From NCBI GenBank assembly GCA_036514715.1, contig DATBWR010000001.1:8644-72643 (forward strand): a stretch of DNA of 64,000 nt, in the 5' to 3' direction. Each line of letters starts with the position of its first letter. Positions within the stretch are counted from its first letter, which is position 1. A program made the position numbers and the translations under genes. Positions 1 through 11,567 of this stretch are shown here, one piece after another. Below the pieces are notes generated by a model. That model saw only the letters and a list, made by a program, of their open reading frames with translations. It did no database searches and was not told the DNA's origin. Source of the stretch: Candidatus Nanoarchaeia archaeon. GTDB lineage: Bacteria; Patescibacteriota; Microgenomatia; Woykebacterales; RBG-16-39-9b.

Positions 1-164
1 GGCCTCTCTCCGTGAACGAACGACGATCAGATCTGGTTGGCGTATCCCGACCGTCTCAAAAAATCACTACTGGCCCCTGCGCAGAGGAATTTGGTGGCAA
101 ATATTTGTAATCAAATTTCTCCACACAGAGGTTTCTCTACTCCAATTTTCAAAGAAAGGATTTT

Positions 165-192
165 ATTATATCACAAAAGCAAAGACTGTCAA
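165..192 (-). promoter_or_regulatory. sigma70 promoter pointing off the left edge
   Basis: Minus strand reads TTGACA-16nt-TATAAT (perfect hexamers), followed by a boxA-like TTCTTTGAAAAT (145-156). Confidence 0.7.
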
Positions 193-207
193 GACTATGG
201 GTTTGTA

Positions 208-780
208 CTAAACTTCTTTTTCGGCGCCGGAAAGGACTTGGCTTTGGATTTTTTGCCACCATTTATAATCTAAAGATTTTAGATTGCGCAGTTCTTTTTT
301 GTAGATTTCTGAAAAATATCCATTGCCTGCTTCGATTTCCTCAAAACATTTAGAAATAAGGGAAAGGCTGTCGGCGACCTTCACAACTTGAGATTCAATT
401 GTTGCGCGCTTTTGCTCTTCGTGCCAAAGATCAATAAATTCACTGACAGTTTTTGGATCCAAACCCTCAAACATCATCTCAATAGTTTCCTCATTAACTT
501 CCCGGATAGCGCCGGCAACTTTTTCGTTGAAATGCTTGAAAGGATTGAGAATATCACCGGAAAAACCCTCCTCAGCGTCGTGGATCAGGGCCATGGAGAC
601 TGCTTTTTCCTGGTCAACTTTGATTTTTTTCTCCCGCAATAAAGAACATAGAAGTTGGGTGAAGTGAGCTACGTAAAAAGAGTGTTCGGCCACGCTTTCT
701 GGAAAGTGCTGGGGGCGGTTGTTGAAGCGCTTAACATGCGCCAAGCTTCTATTTAAGGTGTAGTCAAAAAATTTCGCCAT
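208..780 (-). CDS. HD-domain phosphohydrolase (YfbR/5'-deoxynucleotidase-like)
   Basis: ESVAEHSF, ALIHDAEE and VKVADSL motifs; start moved to ATG 780 (MAKFFDY) because the upstream extension overlaps the divergent promoter. Confidence 0.8.
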   Translation of the reverse strand: MAKFFDYTLNRSLAHVKRFNNRPQHFPESVAEHSFYVAHFTQLLCSLLREKKIKVDQEKAVSMALIHDAEEGFSGDILNPFKHFNEKVAGAIREVNEETIEMMFEGLDPKTVSEFIDLWHEEQKRATIESQVVKVADSLSLISKCFEEIEAGNGYFSEIYKKELRNLKSLDYKWWQKIQSQVLSGAEKEV

Positions 781-873
781 AGGGCTTTTTAGTCTAGCAG
801 GCCTATGCCCTATTTGCAAAACTGGATTTTGCAGGGTAAAATAGCCCTCAAAGAAAAAGGATGGAGGAAGAAA

Positions 874-1854
874 TTGCCCAAAAGGAGAGCAGATCTTCAG
901 GTCGTTGCCCACCGGATAGACGCGGCCATAAGATCTGGGAGAGTGGCCGCCCTGCCAATTTACCCTCTCAACTCCGATTGGAGAGGTCCTGGCAGATCAC
1001 CGACAGTAGTCCTCTTGCTTGAGAGCTTGAGGATACGGCTACCCCCGGTTTACCAAGATGGCCCGCGACGGTTTCGGGCTAAGTTCGAAAGGAGTTGGGA
1101 TAATCGTACTACCATTCCCAGAGCGGTTCTAAACAGCCGTTTCTTGTCAGTTGGAGCTTCGTCGCCTGATTACCTTTGGTTGAGAGCTGCCAGCCTTGAA
1201 CAAAGAAGAGAGGTTGGTGTCTTTACAGCAGCTGGAGGTCTGAAACGGCGGATCTACGAAGTAGTGGACGATCTGTCTCACAGTCTGCGCCAGGTGGTTC
1301 ACGTCCAAAGTCAGTACGAAAGAGAGATACGCTATCTCTCGGGCCTGCGGGTTCGTATGCAGGATCGGCTGCGCCAAGAAAGAGCTGGTATTGTCCAGCT
1401 GACTCTTCAGGAACGGGAAACGATTCGTCTCACTTTATTGGAAGCAGACAAAAGGTTAGCTGAAATAGACCACATTTTGGAAGACAGATCTGACCGAGGG
1501 TTTAGGTTGCAGTACTACTCTCGCCTCAGCAGTGTTCAGCTCTTTGAAATGGCTGAGAGTCTGGCGAACTTTCACGCTAGTGTGAGTCGGATGGCTAACC
1601 CAAACATGGAAGCTGTGCGCACTTACCTGACTGGTTTCGCCGACGACCTCTCTCTCTTCTCTAGTAGAGAGGTGCGGTTCTCTCTGATGAAAGCAGTGAG
1701 AACTCTTCGTCACATCGTGAGAGATCAGCTGGACAAGGAAAATCTTCTGCGGCTTCTTGACCGCGCTGTAGAAGACGTGAAATCTGGGGCAGTTTCACTG
1801 AGCCATTGGGCTGACAGTCTAACTGAGGAAGAAAGACTCTTGGCCCTTGCCTAA
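874..1854 (+). CDS. hypothetical protein, helical/coiled-coil
   Basis: Long ORF; TTGCAA-17-TAAAAT promoter (814-842) and GGAGG SD (863-867) support TTG 874 rather than ATG 805; terminator follows. Confidence 0.65.
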   Translation: MPKRRADLQVVAHRIDAAIRSGRVAALPIYPLNSDWRGPGRSPTVVLLLESLRIRLPPVYQDGPRRFRAKFERSWDNRTTIPRAVLNSRFLSVGASSPDYLWLRAASLEQRREVGVFTAAGGLKRRIYEVVDDLSHSLRQVVHVQSQYEREIRYLSGLRVRMQDRLRQERAGIVQLTLQERETIRLTLLEADKRLAEIDHILEDRSDRGFRLQYYSRLSSVQLFEMAESLANFHASVSRMANPNMEAVRTYLTGFADDLSLFSSREVRFSLMKAVRTLRHIVRDQLDKENLLRLLDRAVEDVKSGAVSLSHWADSLTEEERLLALA

Positions 1855-1860
1855 CTACTT

Positions 1861-1897
1861 AACCGAAGATTCAACCTCTGGATCTTCGGTTTTCTTT
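1861..1897 (+). terminator. intrinsic terminator
   Basis: AACCGAAGAT...ATCTTCGGTT inverted repeat followed by T-rich tail. Confidence 0.7.
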
Positions 1898-1921
1898 GCC
1901 TCAAGTTATACTACTATGAGA

Positions 1922-1950
1922 TTGACTTTTGAGTTCAAATGTGGTATAGT
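1922..1950 (+). promoter_or_regulatory. sigma70 promoter (extended -10)
   Basis: TTGACT-17-TATAGT with TG extension. Confidence 0.65.
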
Positions 1951-1977
1951 ATAAGGAACTAAGAAAGGAGCTAACAG

Positions 1978-2178
1978 TTGAACTCTCAGTCCCGCCCAAA
2001 GACAGTTCAACCTACTCCCAGAAGCATCTGCCCATTCTGCCAGCTGGAACTCAGCAGAAAAGATCTGTCTGGCCTGCAGATTGGCAAGTGCGAAAGGTGC
2101 CACAGGTCTTACACAAAGGAGAGTTGGGACGAAGCAAGTGCTATAGTTCAGGCCGCCAGAGAGTCTACCGTAAGGTAA
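1978..2178 (+). CDS. small zinc-ribbon protein
   Basis: CPFC...CERC pair, AAGGAG SD, own promoter. Confidence 0.6.
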   Translation: MNSQSRPKTVQPTPRSICPFCQLELSRKDLSGLQIGKCERCHRSYTKESWDEASAIVQAARESTVR

Positions 2179-2258
2179 ACTCAATGGCGGCCACTTCTTT
2201 GCTTATTTCACGTCGCACAATATTTGCCTTCCACCCTCTTTTAGATTAAAATTGAATT

Positions 2259-3188
2259 ATGTCTACACTGTCCAAACTTATCACTGATTTTCTCGAGCAT
2301 CTTGAAGTTGAAAAAAACGCTTCGCAACTGACTATCCGCAATTACGACCACTACCTCAAACGCTTTTTAGGGTTTGCCGGCGATATCAACCCTAAAGATA
2401 TTAATCAAGAATTAGTGCGCAAGTACCGTGTTTTTCTGGCTCGTTGGGTGGACGAACAAACCGGCAAACCTCTGAAAAAAGTTACCCAGAATTACTTTGT
2501 TATCGCTTTGCGGGCTTTTCTGCGCTATCTAGCTAAAAATGATGTTAAAACACTAGCGGCGGAAAAAATTGAGCTTGGTGACCAAGACCCCAGACCGATT
2601 AAAGTGCTTGATACAGAACAGTTGCAAAGGTTACTGGCTGCTCCGGATATTTCCACCCCTGAAGGCTTGAGGGATAAAGCTATTCTAGAAACCCTCTTCT
2701 CCACTGGTTTGCGGGTGAGCGAACTGCAAAAATTAAACCGCGATAAAATTAATTTATCCCGTCTTGAGTTTGGGATTGTGGGTAAAGGTGGTAAGGAGAG
2801 AGTGGTTTTTATTTCCGATAGCGCGGCAAATTGGATTGACCGTTATTTGAGAACCCGCGCCGATCGCTACAACCCTCTTTTCATTCGTTACTCACAAGGT
2901 GAGGATCCAACAAGAGGTGGAGAAAAAATGAGGTTGTCAGTACGTTCTATTGAACGGATTTTGGAAAAATATGTGCGCAAGGCACAATTACCCATCAAAG
3001 CTTCCCCTCACACTTTACGTCATTCCTTTGCTACTGACCTTTTAATCAACGGGGCCGACATCCGGTCGGTGCAGGAAATGTTGGGGCATGCCAACATCTC
3101 GACAACTCAAATCTATACCCACATTACTAACCGCCATCTCAAAGACGTCCACCGCGCCTTTCACTCTGGTAATAAGGAAGAATTATAA
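2259..3188 (+). CDS. xerD: XerC/XerD-family tyrosine recombinase
   Basis: TGLRVSE, VGKGGKER, HTLRHSFAT, LGHANISTTQIY catalytic motifs. Confidence 0.9.
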   Translation: MSTLSKLITDFLEHLEVEKNASQLTIRNYDHYLKRFLGFAGDINPKDINQELVRKYRVFLARWVDEQTGKPLKKVTQNYFVIALRAFLRYLAKNDVKTLAAEKIELGDQDPRPIKVLDTEQLQRLLAAPDISTPEGLRDKAILETLFSTGLRVSELQKLNRDKINLSRLEFGIVGKGGKERVVFISDSAANWIDRYLRTRADRYNPLFIRYSQGEDPTRGGEKMRLSVRSIERILEKYVRKAQLPIKASPHTLRHSFATDLLINGADIRSVQEMLGHANISTTQIYTHITNRHLKDVHRAFHSGNKEEL

Positions 3189-3307
3189 TTCTTCCTTGCG
3201 TCGAAGACGATGTAAAGAGGAGTTGTAATTCCTCTTTCATCGCAAGCGAAGTAAAGAAGATCTCTAAAAATTGCCTTTTAAGGTGAATTTTGGTAGCCTT
3301 ACGCCAC

Positions 3308-4540
3308 ATGTTAGAAAAAGTTGATCCTAAAGTCGCCCAGATTATTAAAAAAGAAGAGGTGCGTCAAGAGCGTGTTATTAATTTAATTGCTTCGGAAAAC
3401 TATACTTCAAAGGCAGTTCGGGAGGCTTTGGGGTCAGTTTTTACTAATAAGTACTCTGAAGGTTACCCTCTCAAGCGTTATTACGGTGGTAACGAGTTTG
3501 TTGATGAGGTTGAGACCTTAGCGCAGGAACGTGCTAAAAAACTTTTTGGGGTCAATTTTGCTAACGTCCAAGGCTACTCTGGCTCCCCTGCCAATCTAGC
3601 TATTTACTTTGCTCTTGCAGAGGTTGGTGACACCATCATGGGTCTTTCACTACCCTCAGGTGGACATTTAACCCACGGTTGGGGCGTTAACTTTTCCGGC
3701 AAATATTATAAAAGTGTTCAATACACGGTAAACGCTGAAACTGAACTGATTGATTTCGACAACATGTTAAGCTTGGCTAAAGAACATAAGCCGAAACTCA
3801 TCTGGGCAGGAGCTACTGCCTACAGCCGAGTTTTTGACTGGAAGCGTTTCCGTGAAGTTTGTGATGAGGTAGGCGCGTATCTAATTGCCGATGTTTCTCA
3901 TATTGCTGGTTTGATTGTTGCCGGTGTTCATCCTTCTCCGGTTGGTATCGCGGATGTAATTATGACCACTACCCACAAAACTTTACGTGGGCCTCGAGGG
4001 GCGCTGATTTTAACTAACGACGAGGAGTTAGCTACCAAAATTGATAAAGCGGTCTTCCCAGGTTTGCAAGGCGGCCCGCACAATAACACCACTGCCGCGA
4101 TTGCAGTTTGTTTGCAAGAAGCTTCCACGGCCGAATTTAAAGCTTATGGGAAGCAGGTTGTGGAAAACGCCAAAACCTTAGCTTCTGTGTTATTAAATCA
4201 AGGTTTTCGCCTGGTTTCTGGTGGGACCGATAACCACATGCTTTTAATCGATTTTGGAGAAGGCGGTCTAACTGGTAAAGAAGCGGAAAGTATTTTGGAG
4301 ACGGTGGGGATAATCGTCAACCGTAATACTGTCCCCGGCGAGACACGTAAACCCTTTGTAACTAGCGGAATTCGTTTGGGAACGCCAGCAGTAACCACCC
4401 GAGGCTTTAGTAAACAAGAAATGCAAACTGTCGCCGAAATGATCGCCTCAGTCTTGAAAAATCCAAGTGACAGCGAAATTGCTCGCAAAACTCTCTCCCT
4501 AGTAAAAGGTCTTACTGAGAAATTTCCTTTGCCACCTTAA
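3308..4540 (+). CDS. glyA: serine hydroxymethyltransferase
   Basis: LIASENY, NKYSEGYP, GGHLTHG, TTTHKTLRGPRG; start at ATG 3308. Confidence 0.97.
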   Translation: MLEKVDPKVAQIIKKEEVRQERVINLIASENYTSKAVREALGSVFTNKYSEGYPLKRYYGGNEFVDEVETLAQERAKKLFGVNFANVQGYSGSPANLAIYFALAEVGDTIMGLSLPSGGHLTHGWGVNFSGKYYKSVQYTVNAETELIDFDNMLSLAKEHKPKLIWAGATAYSRVFDWKRFREVCDEVGAYLIADVSHIAGLIVAGVHPSPVGIADVIMTTTHKTLRGPRGALILTNDEELATKIDKAVFPGLQGGPHNNTTAAIAVCLQEASTAEFKAYGKQVVENAKTLASVLLNQGFRLVSGGTDNHMLLIDFGEGGLTGKEAESILETVGIIVNRNTVPGETRKPFVTSGIRLGTPAVTTRGFSKQEMQTVAEMIASVLKNPSDSEIARKTLSLVKGLTEKFPLPP

Positions 4541-4570
4541 ATTCTTTTGTGTTAAATTATTAAGTAGACA

Positions 4571-6148
4571 ATGTCGCCTGCTCCAAAATCTTCTGGTTTC
4601 CACTTCAACCTTAAATGGAAAATTCTGGTTATTTACTTGGGCCTTAGTGCCTTACTTTTAATCTTCATCAACGTCCTTTGGCTCTTTTTAGTTACTCCTC
4701 TCCTACAGGATACGACTGTCTCCAGAGAAGTACGTGTTCAGCTCCAAGCCTTTGCCCTAGTGATTTCTGTGGTTGGCTTGATCCTTTCTGTTTTAGTAAA
4801 TTTGTGGTTGTCAAGATTTGTCACTAGCTGGATTTCGACTCTGCAGAGAGGAGCAGAGACTCTTGCTTCGGGAAAGCTATCCCACCGGATTGAGGTTGTT
4901 TCCAACGATGAGGTTGGACAACTCTCAAGAGCCTTCAACTCGATGGCGGAAAGTCTTCAAAGGCGTTCTGAGGAGATTGAGAGAGCTAAAATTCTGGCCG
5001 AGGGGCAAAAAAATCAAATCAACAGCATGCTTAAATCAATCGCTGATGGGGTGATTGCTTTAGATTTTCAAGGAAGAATACTTAAAGTTAATCCTGCCTC
5101 AGAAACTATGTTTGGCTGGGAAGAAAATAAGGTTTTAGGCAGAGAGCTCGACGAAGTCTTGAAGATAAGTGATGGTAGCGAAAAGATTGGATTTAGGCAG
5201 CTACTTCCGAACAAACCCTTGGAAGAAGATGTTGTTGTTACTCAAAGAAAAAGTTTGAAGGCTGAAGGCCATCAAGGCAAAACAGTTTTCGTTGACTTAG
5301 TTTCCTCAGCGATTAAGGAAGGAAGACAACTAGGTTTAGGGGCAATCATTACCCTAACTGATGTGACTCGCGAGAAGGAGTTTGAGGAAATGAAGCTTGA
5401 CTTTGTTTCCATGGCAGCTCACGAGCTGAGAACCCCTTTAACTTCAGTCCGCGGTTATTTATCCGTGCTACTGGAGGAACTACGTAAGAAGCTTTCTCCG
5501 GAACAGTTTTCTTTTCTCGACAAAGCCTTTATTTCCAGCACGCAGTTAGCGGCCTTAGTAGAAAACCTGCTCAGTGTTTCCCGTATCGAAAGAGGTGCAC
5601 TAGAGATTCAAACCCAAGCTACTGATTGGCAACCTTTGGTTGAAGAAGCCTACAATAACTTTCTCCCTCAGGCTAAAGAAAGAAAGGTTAGTCTAGTTGT
5701 AGTTAAACCGGAAAAGAAACTGCCAAAGGTAAGTATTGATAAGTTTAGAATTAGTGAGGTGGTCTCAAATTTAGTTGGTAATGCTCTTAACTATACTCCA
5801 GAGGGTGGTAGGGTTGAGATTAGTATGGAAGAAACACCAGAGGAAGTGATCACCCACATTAAGGATAATGGTCAGGGCATACCGCAGAACGCTTTACCTA
5901 AGCTTTTCACCAAATTTTTTAGAGTCTCTGGGGTTTTGGAACAAGGTTCAAAAGGCACAGGTTTAGGACTTTATATTTCCAAAGCGATTGTGGACATGCA
6001 CAAAGGGAAGATTTGGGTTGAGTCCGAACTTGGCAAAGGTAGTATTTTTAGTTTCAGTGTGCCAGTAGCGAAAAACTCCCTTTTGCGTAAAGTTAAGATT
6101 ATGTCCCCAGGCAAAAAGTTTTTTATACGTAAAGGAAAAACTAGTTAA
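4571..6148 (+). CDS. sensor histidine kinase (2 TM, HAMP, PAS, HisKA, HATPase)
   Basis: [18 protein letters not shown]-box AHELRTPL, N-box NALNYT, G boxes DNGQGI and GTGLGL. Confidence 0.92.
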   Translation: MSPAPKSSGFHFNLKWKILVIYLGLSALLLIFINVLWLFLVTPLLQDTTVSREVRVQLQAFALVISVVGLILSVLVNLWLSRFVTSWISTLQRGAETLASGKLSHRIEVVSNDEVGQLSRAFNSMAESLQRRSEEIERAKILAEGQKNQINSMLKSIADGVIALDFQGRILKVNPASETMFGWEENKVLGRELDEVLKISDGSEKIGFRQLLPNKPLEEDVVVTQRKSLKAEGHQGKTVFVDLVSSAIKEGRQLGLGAIITLTDVTREKEFEEMKLDFVSMAAHELRTPLTSVRGYLSVLLEELRKKLSPEQFSFLDKAFISSTQLAALVENLLSVSRIERGALEIQTQATDWQPLVEEAYNNFLPQAKERKVSLVVVKPEKKLPKVSIDKFRISEVVSNLVGNALNYTPEGGRVEISMEETPEEVITHIKDNGQGIPQNALPKLFTKFFRVSGVLEQGSKGTGLGLYISKAIVDMHKGKIWVESELGKGSIFSFSVPVAKNSLLRKVKIMSPGKKFFIRKGKTS

Positions 6149-8633
6149 CCTTTTCTCTCTTAACCTCTTTCTTAATAGTGGTGACGGCGGAGACTACATC
6201 TTCCTTGTTACTTAAGCGAACCAATATTACGCCTTGGGTTTGGCGCGTTAAGAGTGGCACGTCTTTAATCGGTAACTTGATAACTTGGCCATTTTTTGAA
6301 GTTATCACTACGTCTTGATCATCTTTTTCGATAACCTTGGCAGCCATTACTTTACCGTTACGACTAGTGACTTCAGCAGCTTTAACACCACTACCGGCCC
6401 TTCCCTGCAGAGGCCAATCAGAAACCTTACTTTTTTTACCAAAACCGCGCTCGGTGACGACCAGAAGTTCTGCATCTTTTGGAGCCTTGCTGGTGCAAAT
6501 AACTTCATCTGAGGCTCTCAGTCTAATTCCCATCACTCCGGAGGTAGCCCGGCCCATCTGCCTTACCCCTTTTTCAGAAAAGCGTATGGATTGCCCAAGC
6601 CTAGTAACCAGGATTATCTCATCAACCCCGGCTGTTAAAGTGACAAAATTTAAACTGTCGCCAGCTCCTAAATTAATAGCGATAATACCGGAGCGTCTAA
6701 TATTGGCAAAATCTTCTAAATTCGTTTTCTTGACAACCCCTTTCTTAGTACCCATAAAAATGTAACCTTTTTTTATTTCTTTAGGCACGTTAAACATCGA
6801 AGTAACTAGCTCCCCTTGCTCGATGTTGACGAGGTTAATTATGGCTTGGCCTTTAGAAATCCTCGAGCCTTCAGGAAGCTCATAAACCTTAATTTGAAAA
6901 ACTCGTCCGCGGTTTGTAAAAAACATCATGTTGTCGTGAGTGTTGGCTAGGTACAGCCGAGAGATAGTATCCTCTTCTTTTAAAGTGGCACCGGTTACTC
7001 CTCTGCCTCCTCGCAGTTGGGTGCGGAAAATGTCAGTTGGAGCGCGCTTTATGTAGCCGGTTTCAGTAACAGTGACGATAACATTTTCAGCTGGAATTAA
7101 ATCTTCTTCAGAAAAATCACCAACTGCTTGTCGGTAAACTCTGGTACGGCGGTTGTCACCGTATTTTTCTTTAAGGTCTTTCAACTCGGTCTCAATTACC
7201 CCTAAGATCTTTTTTGGCGAGCCTAGCAAATCCATAAGATGCGCGATAGTCTTGGTGACTTCTTTAAATTCATCTTCGATTTTTTGTCTTTCTAGAGCGG
7301 CAAGTCGTCTCAGCTGCATATCTAAAATCGCCTGGGCTTGAATTTCAGTCAGTTTGAACTTGCGCACTAAGTTAACTTTGGCGGCATCGGCATCTTTTGA
7401 CTGCCGGATAGTTTTGATAACCGCATCAAGATGATCCAAAGCAATTTTTAAACCTTCCAAAATGTGGGCACGAGCTTGGGCTTGTTCGAGATCAAACTTA
7501 GTGCGACGGGTAACAACGTCTTGGCGGTGACGGATGTATTCAGTCAAAATTTGCTTTAGGTTAAGGGTTTGGGGTGTACCGTTAACTAAAGCGACCATAT
7601 TGACGTTGAAAGCCATTTGCAAAGAAGTGTGCTTGTAAAGCTGGTTGAGTAGGTTTTTGGGTCGAGCATCTCTTTTCAACTCAATGACAATACGCATACC
7701 GGATCGATCCGACTCGTCTCTGAGGTCGCTAATTCCCTCTAACTTTTTGTCCTTAACTAACTGAGCAATTCTAGCGATTAGTTGCGATTTATTAACTTGG
7801 TAAGGTATTTCGGAGACGATAATTTTAAAGCGTCCACCACGGTCTTCCTCAATTTCTGCCTTGGCCCGCATTACTATCTTACCCTTCCCGGTTGAATAAG
7901 CGGCGATAATCTCGTTGATATTAAAGATCGCTCCTCCGGTGGGAAAATCAGGTCCCTTAATAAACTTCATTAAATCTTCTAAGGAAGAGTCAGGTTGGTT
8001 AATGAGGTGGATAATTGAGTCAGCAACTTCAATTAGATTGTGGGGTGGGATGTTGGTCGCCATGCCGACAGCAATCCCACTGCCACCAGAGAGAAGAAGG
8101 TTAGGTAGCCTTCCCGGCAAAACTTTCGGTTCGGATCGGGTGGCGTCAAAGTTGTCCACCCAATCAATAGTGTTTTTGTCAATGTCAGCCAAAAGTTCAG
8201 AGGCGATTTGGGCTAGGCGAGCCTCAGTGTAACGCATTGCTGCCGGTGGGTCACCATCGACGCTACCGAAGTTTCCTTGACCGTCAACTAACGGGTAGCG
8301 CATAGCAAAATCTTGGGCTAGCCGAACTAGAGCGTCATAGACCGGCGCATCACCGTGAGGATGATACTTACCCAAAACTTCACCGACGACCGTAGCACTT
8401 TTGCGATATTTGGCTTGATGAGTTAAGCCGATCTCATTCATGGCGTAAAGAATGCGCCGGTGGACCGGTTTCAAACCGTCTCGAACATCTGGCAAAGCGC
8501 GAGCGACAATTACGCTCATAGCGTAATCAAGGTAGGAACGCTGCATTTCCTCAACGATTTTTACATCCTTGAGTTTACCGATACTATTTTCACTTTGTTC
8601 CTCGTCTCTTTCTTGGTCGTTGGGATTTTCCAT
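6141..8633 (-). CDS. gyrA: DNA gyrase subunit A
   Basis: [23 protein letters not shown] active site, GyrA-box QLRGGRG, CTD repeats. Confidence 0.97.
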   Translation of the reverse strand: MENPNDQERDEEQSENSIGKLKDVKIVEEMQRSYLDYAMSVIVARALPDVRDGLKPVHRRILYAMNEIGLTHQAKYRKSATVVGEVLGKYHPHGDAPVYDALVRLAQDFAMRYPLVDGQGNFGSVDGDPPAAMRYTEARLAQIASELLADIDKNTIDWVDNFDATRSEPKVLPGRLPNLLLSGGSGIAVGMATNIPPHNLIEVADSIIHLINQPDSSLEDLMKFIKGPDFPTGGAIFNINEIIAAYSTGKGKIVMRAKAEIEEDRGGRFKIIVSEIPYQVNKSQLIARIAQLVKDKKLEGISDLRDESDRSGMRIVIELKRDARPKNLLNQLYKHTSLQMAFNVNMVALVNGTPQTLNLKQILTEYIRHRQDVVTRRTKFDLEQAQARAHILEGLKIALDHLDAVIKTIRQSKDADAAKVNLVRKFKLTEIQAQAILDMQLRRLAALERQKIEDEFKEVTKTIAHLMDLLGSPKKILGVIETELKDLKEKYGDNRRTRVYRQAVGDFSEEDLIPAENVIVTVTETGYIKRAPTDIFRTQLRGGRGVTGATLKEEDTISRLYLANTHDNMMFFTNRGRVFQIKVYELPEGSRISKGQAIINLVNIEQGELVTSMFNVPKEIKKGYIFMGTKKGVVKKTNLEDFANIRRSGIIAINLGAGDSLNFVTLTAGVDEIILVTRLGQSIRFSEKGVRQMGRATSGVMGIRLRASDEVICTSKAPKDAELLVVTERGFGKKSKVSDWPLQGRAGSGVKAAEVTSRNGKVMAAKVIEKDDQDVVITSKNGQVIKLPIKDVPLLTRQTQGVILVRLSNKEDVVSAVTTIKKEVKREKVN

Positions 8634-8634
8634 A

Positions 8635-10710
<2,076 letters not shown>

Positions 10711-10762
10711 CTATTCTAGCAGGTTAGCTACCTTTCTTGCAAGCAAAAAATGCAAGTTTTTC

Positions 10763-11404
10763 TTAACCTTTTGATGGTAACTCTAGGGCGAGGGTTATGG
10801 CTAGAAGTTTTTTGTTGAGAGAAAATTTTTGACCTTTTCTTAATTTTATGATTAGATGTAAATAACTGGCAAGCCATTTAAGGTTTGGATTAAGGTTTTT
10901 GCCTCCAAGCAAACCCTCGTTAAGAAAAGTGCCCCAACCACTAATATAGGTTGTTAAGTCAACTTTTTCCAGATAATCGATCTGACTGCCTAAGCTCTCT
11001 TCTAGAAAGGCGCTAGCGGAAAAATTCTTTTCAGAGTCTTCTCTCGCATCTACCCTTACTTCAAAACACCGAGAAACTACGGTTGGTAGTAAGTTGTCTT
11101 TGGTTTGGGTGCAAAGAATGATTTGTGAGTGGGTAGGAGGCTCTTCCAAAACTTTAAGAAGTGCGTTTTGAGCTTCCTGAGTGAGATTATCCGCTTCGTG
11201 AACAAGGATAGTTATCAGGTTGCCTTCAAAGGGTTGTCGGCTAAGAGCTTGCAAAACTTGCCTGACCCCCTCGATACCACGTTGCTCCTTAGCGTCAACT
11301 TCTAAGATATCAAATTTGCTAGATTGACTGTTAGCCTTCTGGCGCGCCCACTCTTCACGGGCCTTTTGAGTTGAGCCGGTAACTAACAGGGAACTGTTTT
11401 CCAT
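10763..11404 (-). CDS. holB: DNA polymerase III delta'-like clamp loader subunit (short)
   Basis: EADNLTQEAQNALLKVLEEPP and LLPTVVSRC motifs. Confidence 0.8.
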   Translation of the reverse strand: MENSSLLVTGSTQKAREEWARQKANSQSSKFDILEVDAKEQRGIEGVRQVLQALSRQPFEGNLITILVHEADNLTQEAQNALLKVLEEPPTHSQIILCTQTKDNLLPTVVSRCFEVRVDAREDSEKNFSASAFLEESLGSQIDYLEKVDLTTYISGWGTFLNEGLLGGKNLNPNLKWLASYLHLIIKLRKGQKFSLNKKLLAITLALELPSKG

Positions 11405-11469
11405 AATAATAGCTTGCCGCTTAACAAGCGCCCAATAGAAGAATTTCTAAAGTTGTTCTTCTTGCTACG

Positions 11470-11499
11470 TTGACATTATTACAAATTCAAGACTACAAT
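11470..11499 (+). promoter_or_regulatory. promoter of type IV pilus operon
   Basis: TTGACA-18-TACAAT upstream of pilB. Confidence 0.6.
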
Positions 11500-11567
11500 A
11501 AAATAGTCAAACTATCAGTTTTGGGTAATTTAAGAGGCCGGAACTTTAGTATGACTAAACTTGCCCA

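Noticed and set aside
2259-3188. Tyrosine recombinase as prophage or integron integrase
   Set aside because: XerC/D-type size and motifs, no IntI insertion, no attC array or phage genes nearby.
3191-3307. ZTP or glycine riboswitch upstream of glyA
   Set aside because: Consensus motifs absent, and the glyA -10 sits just before the ATG, leaving no leader.
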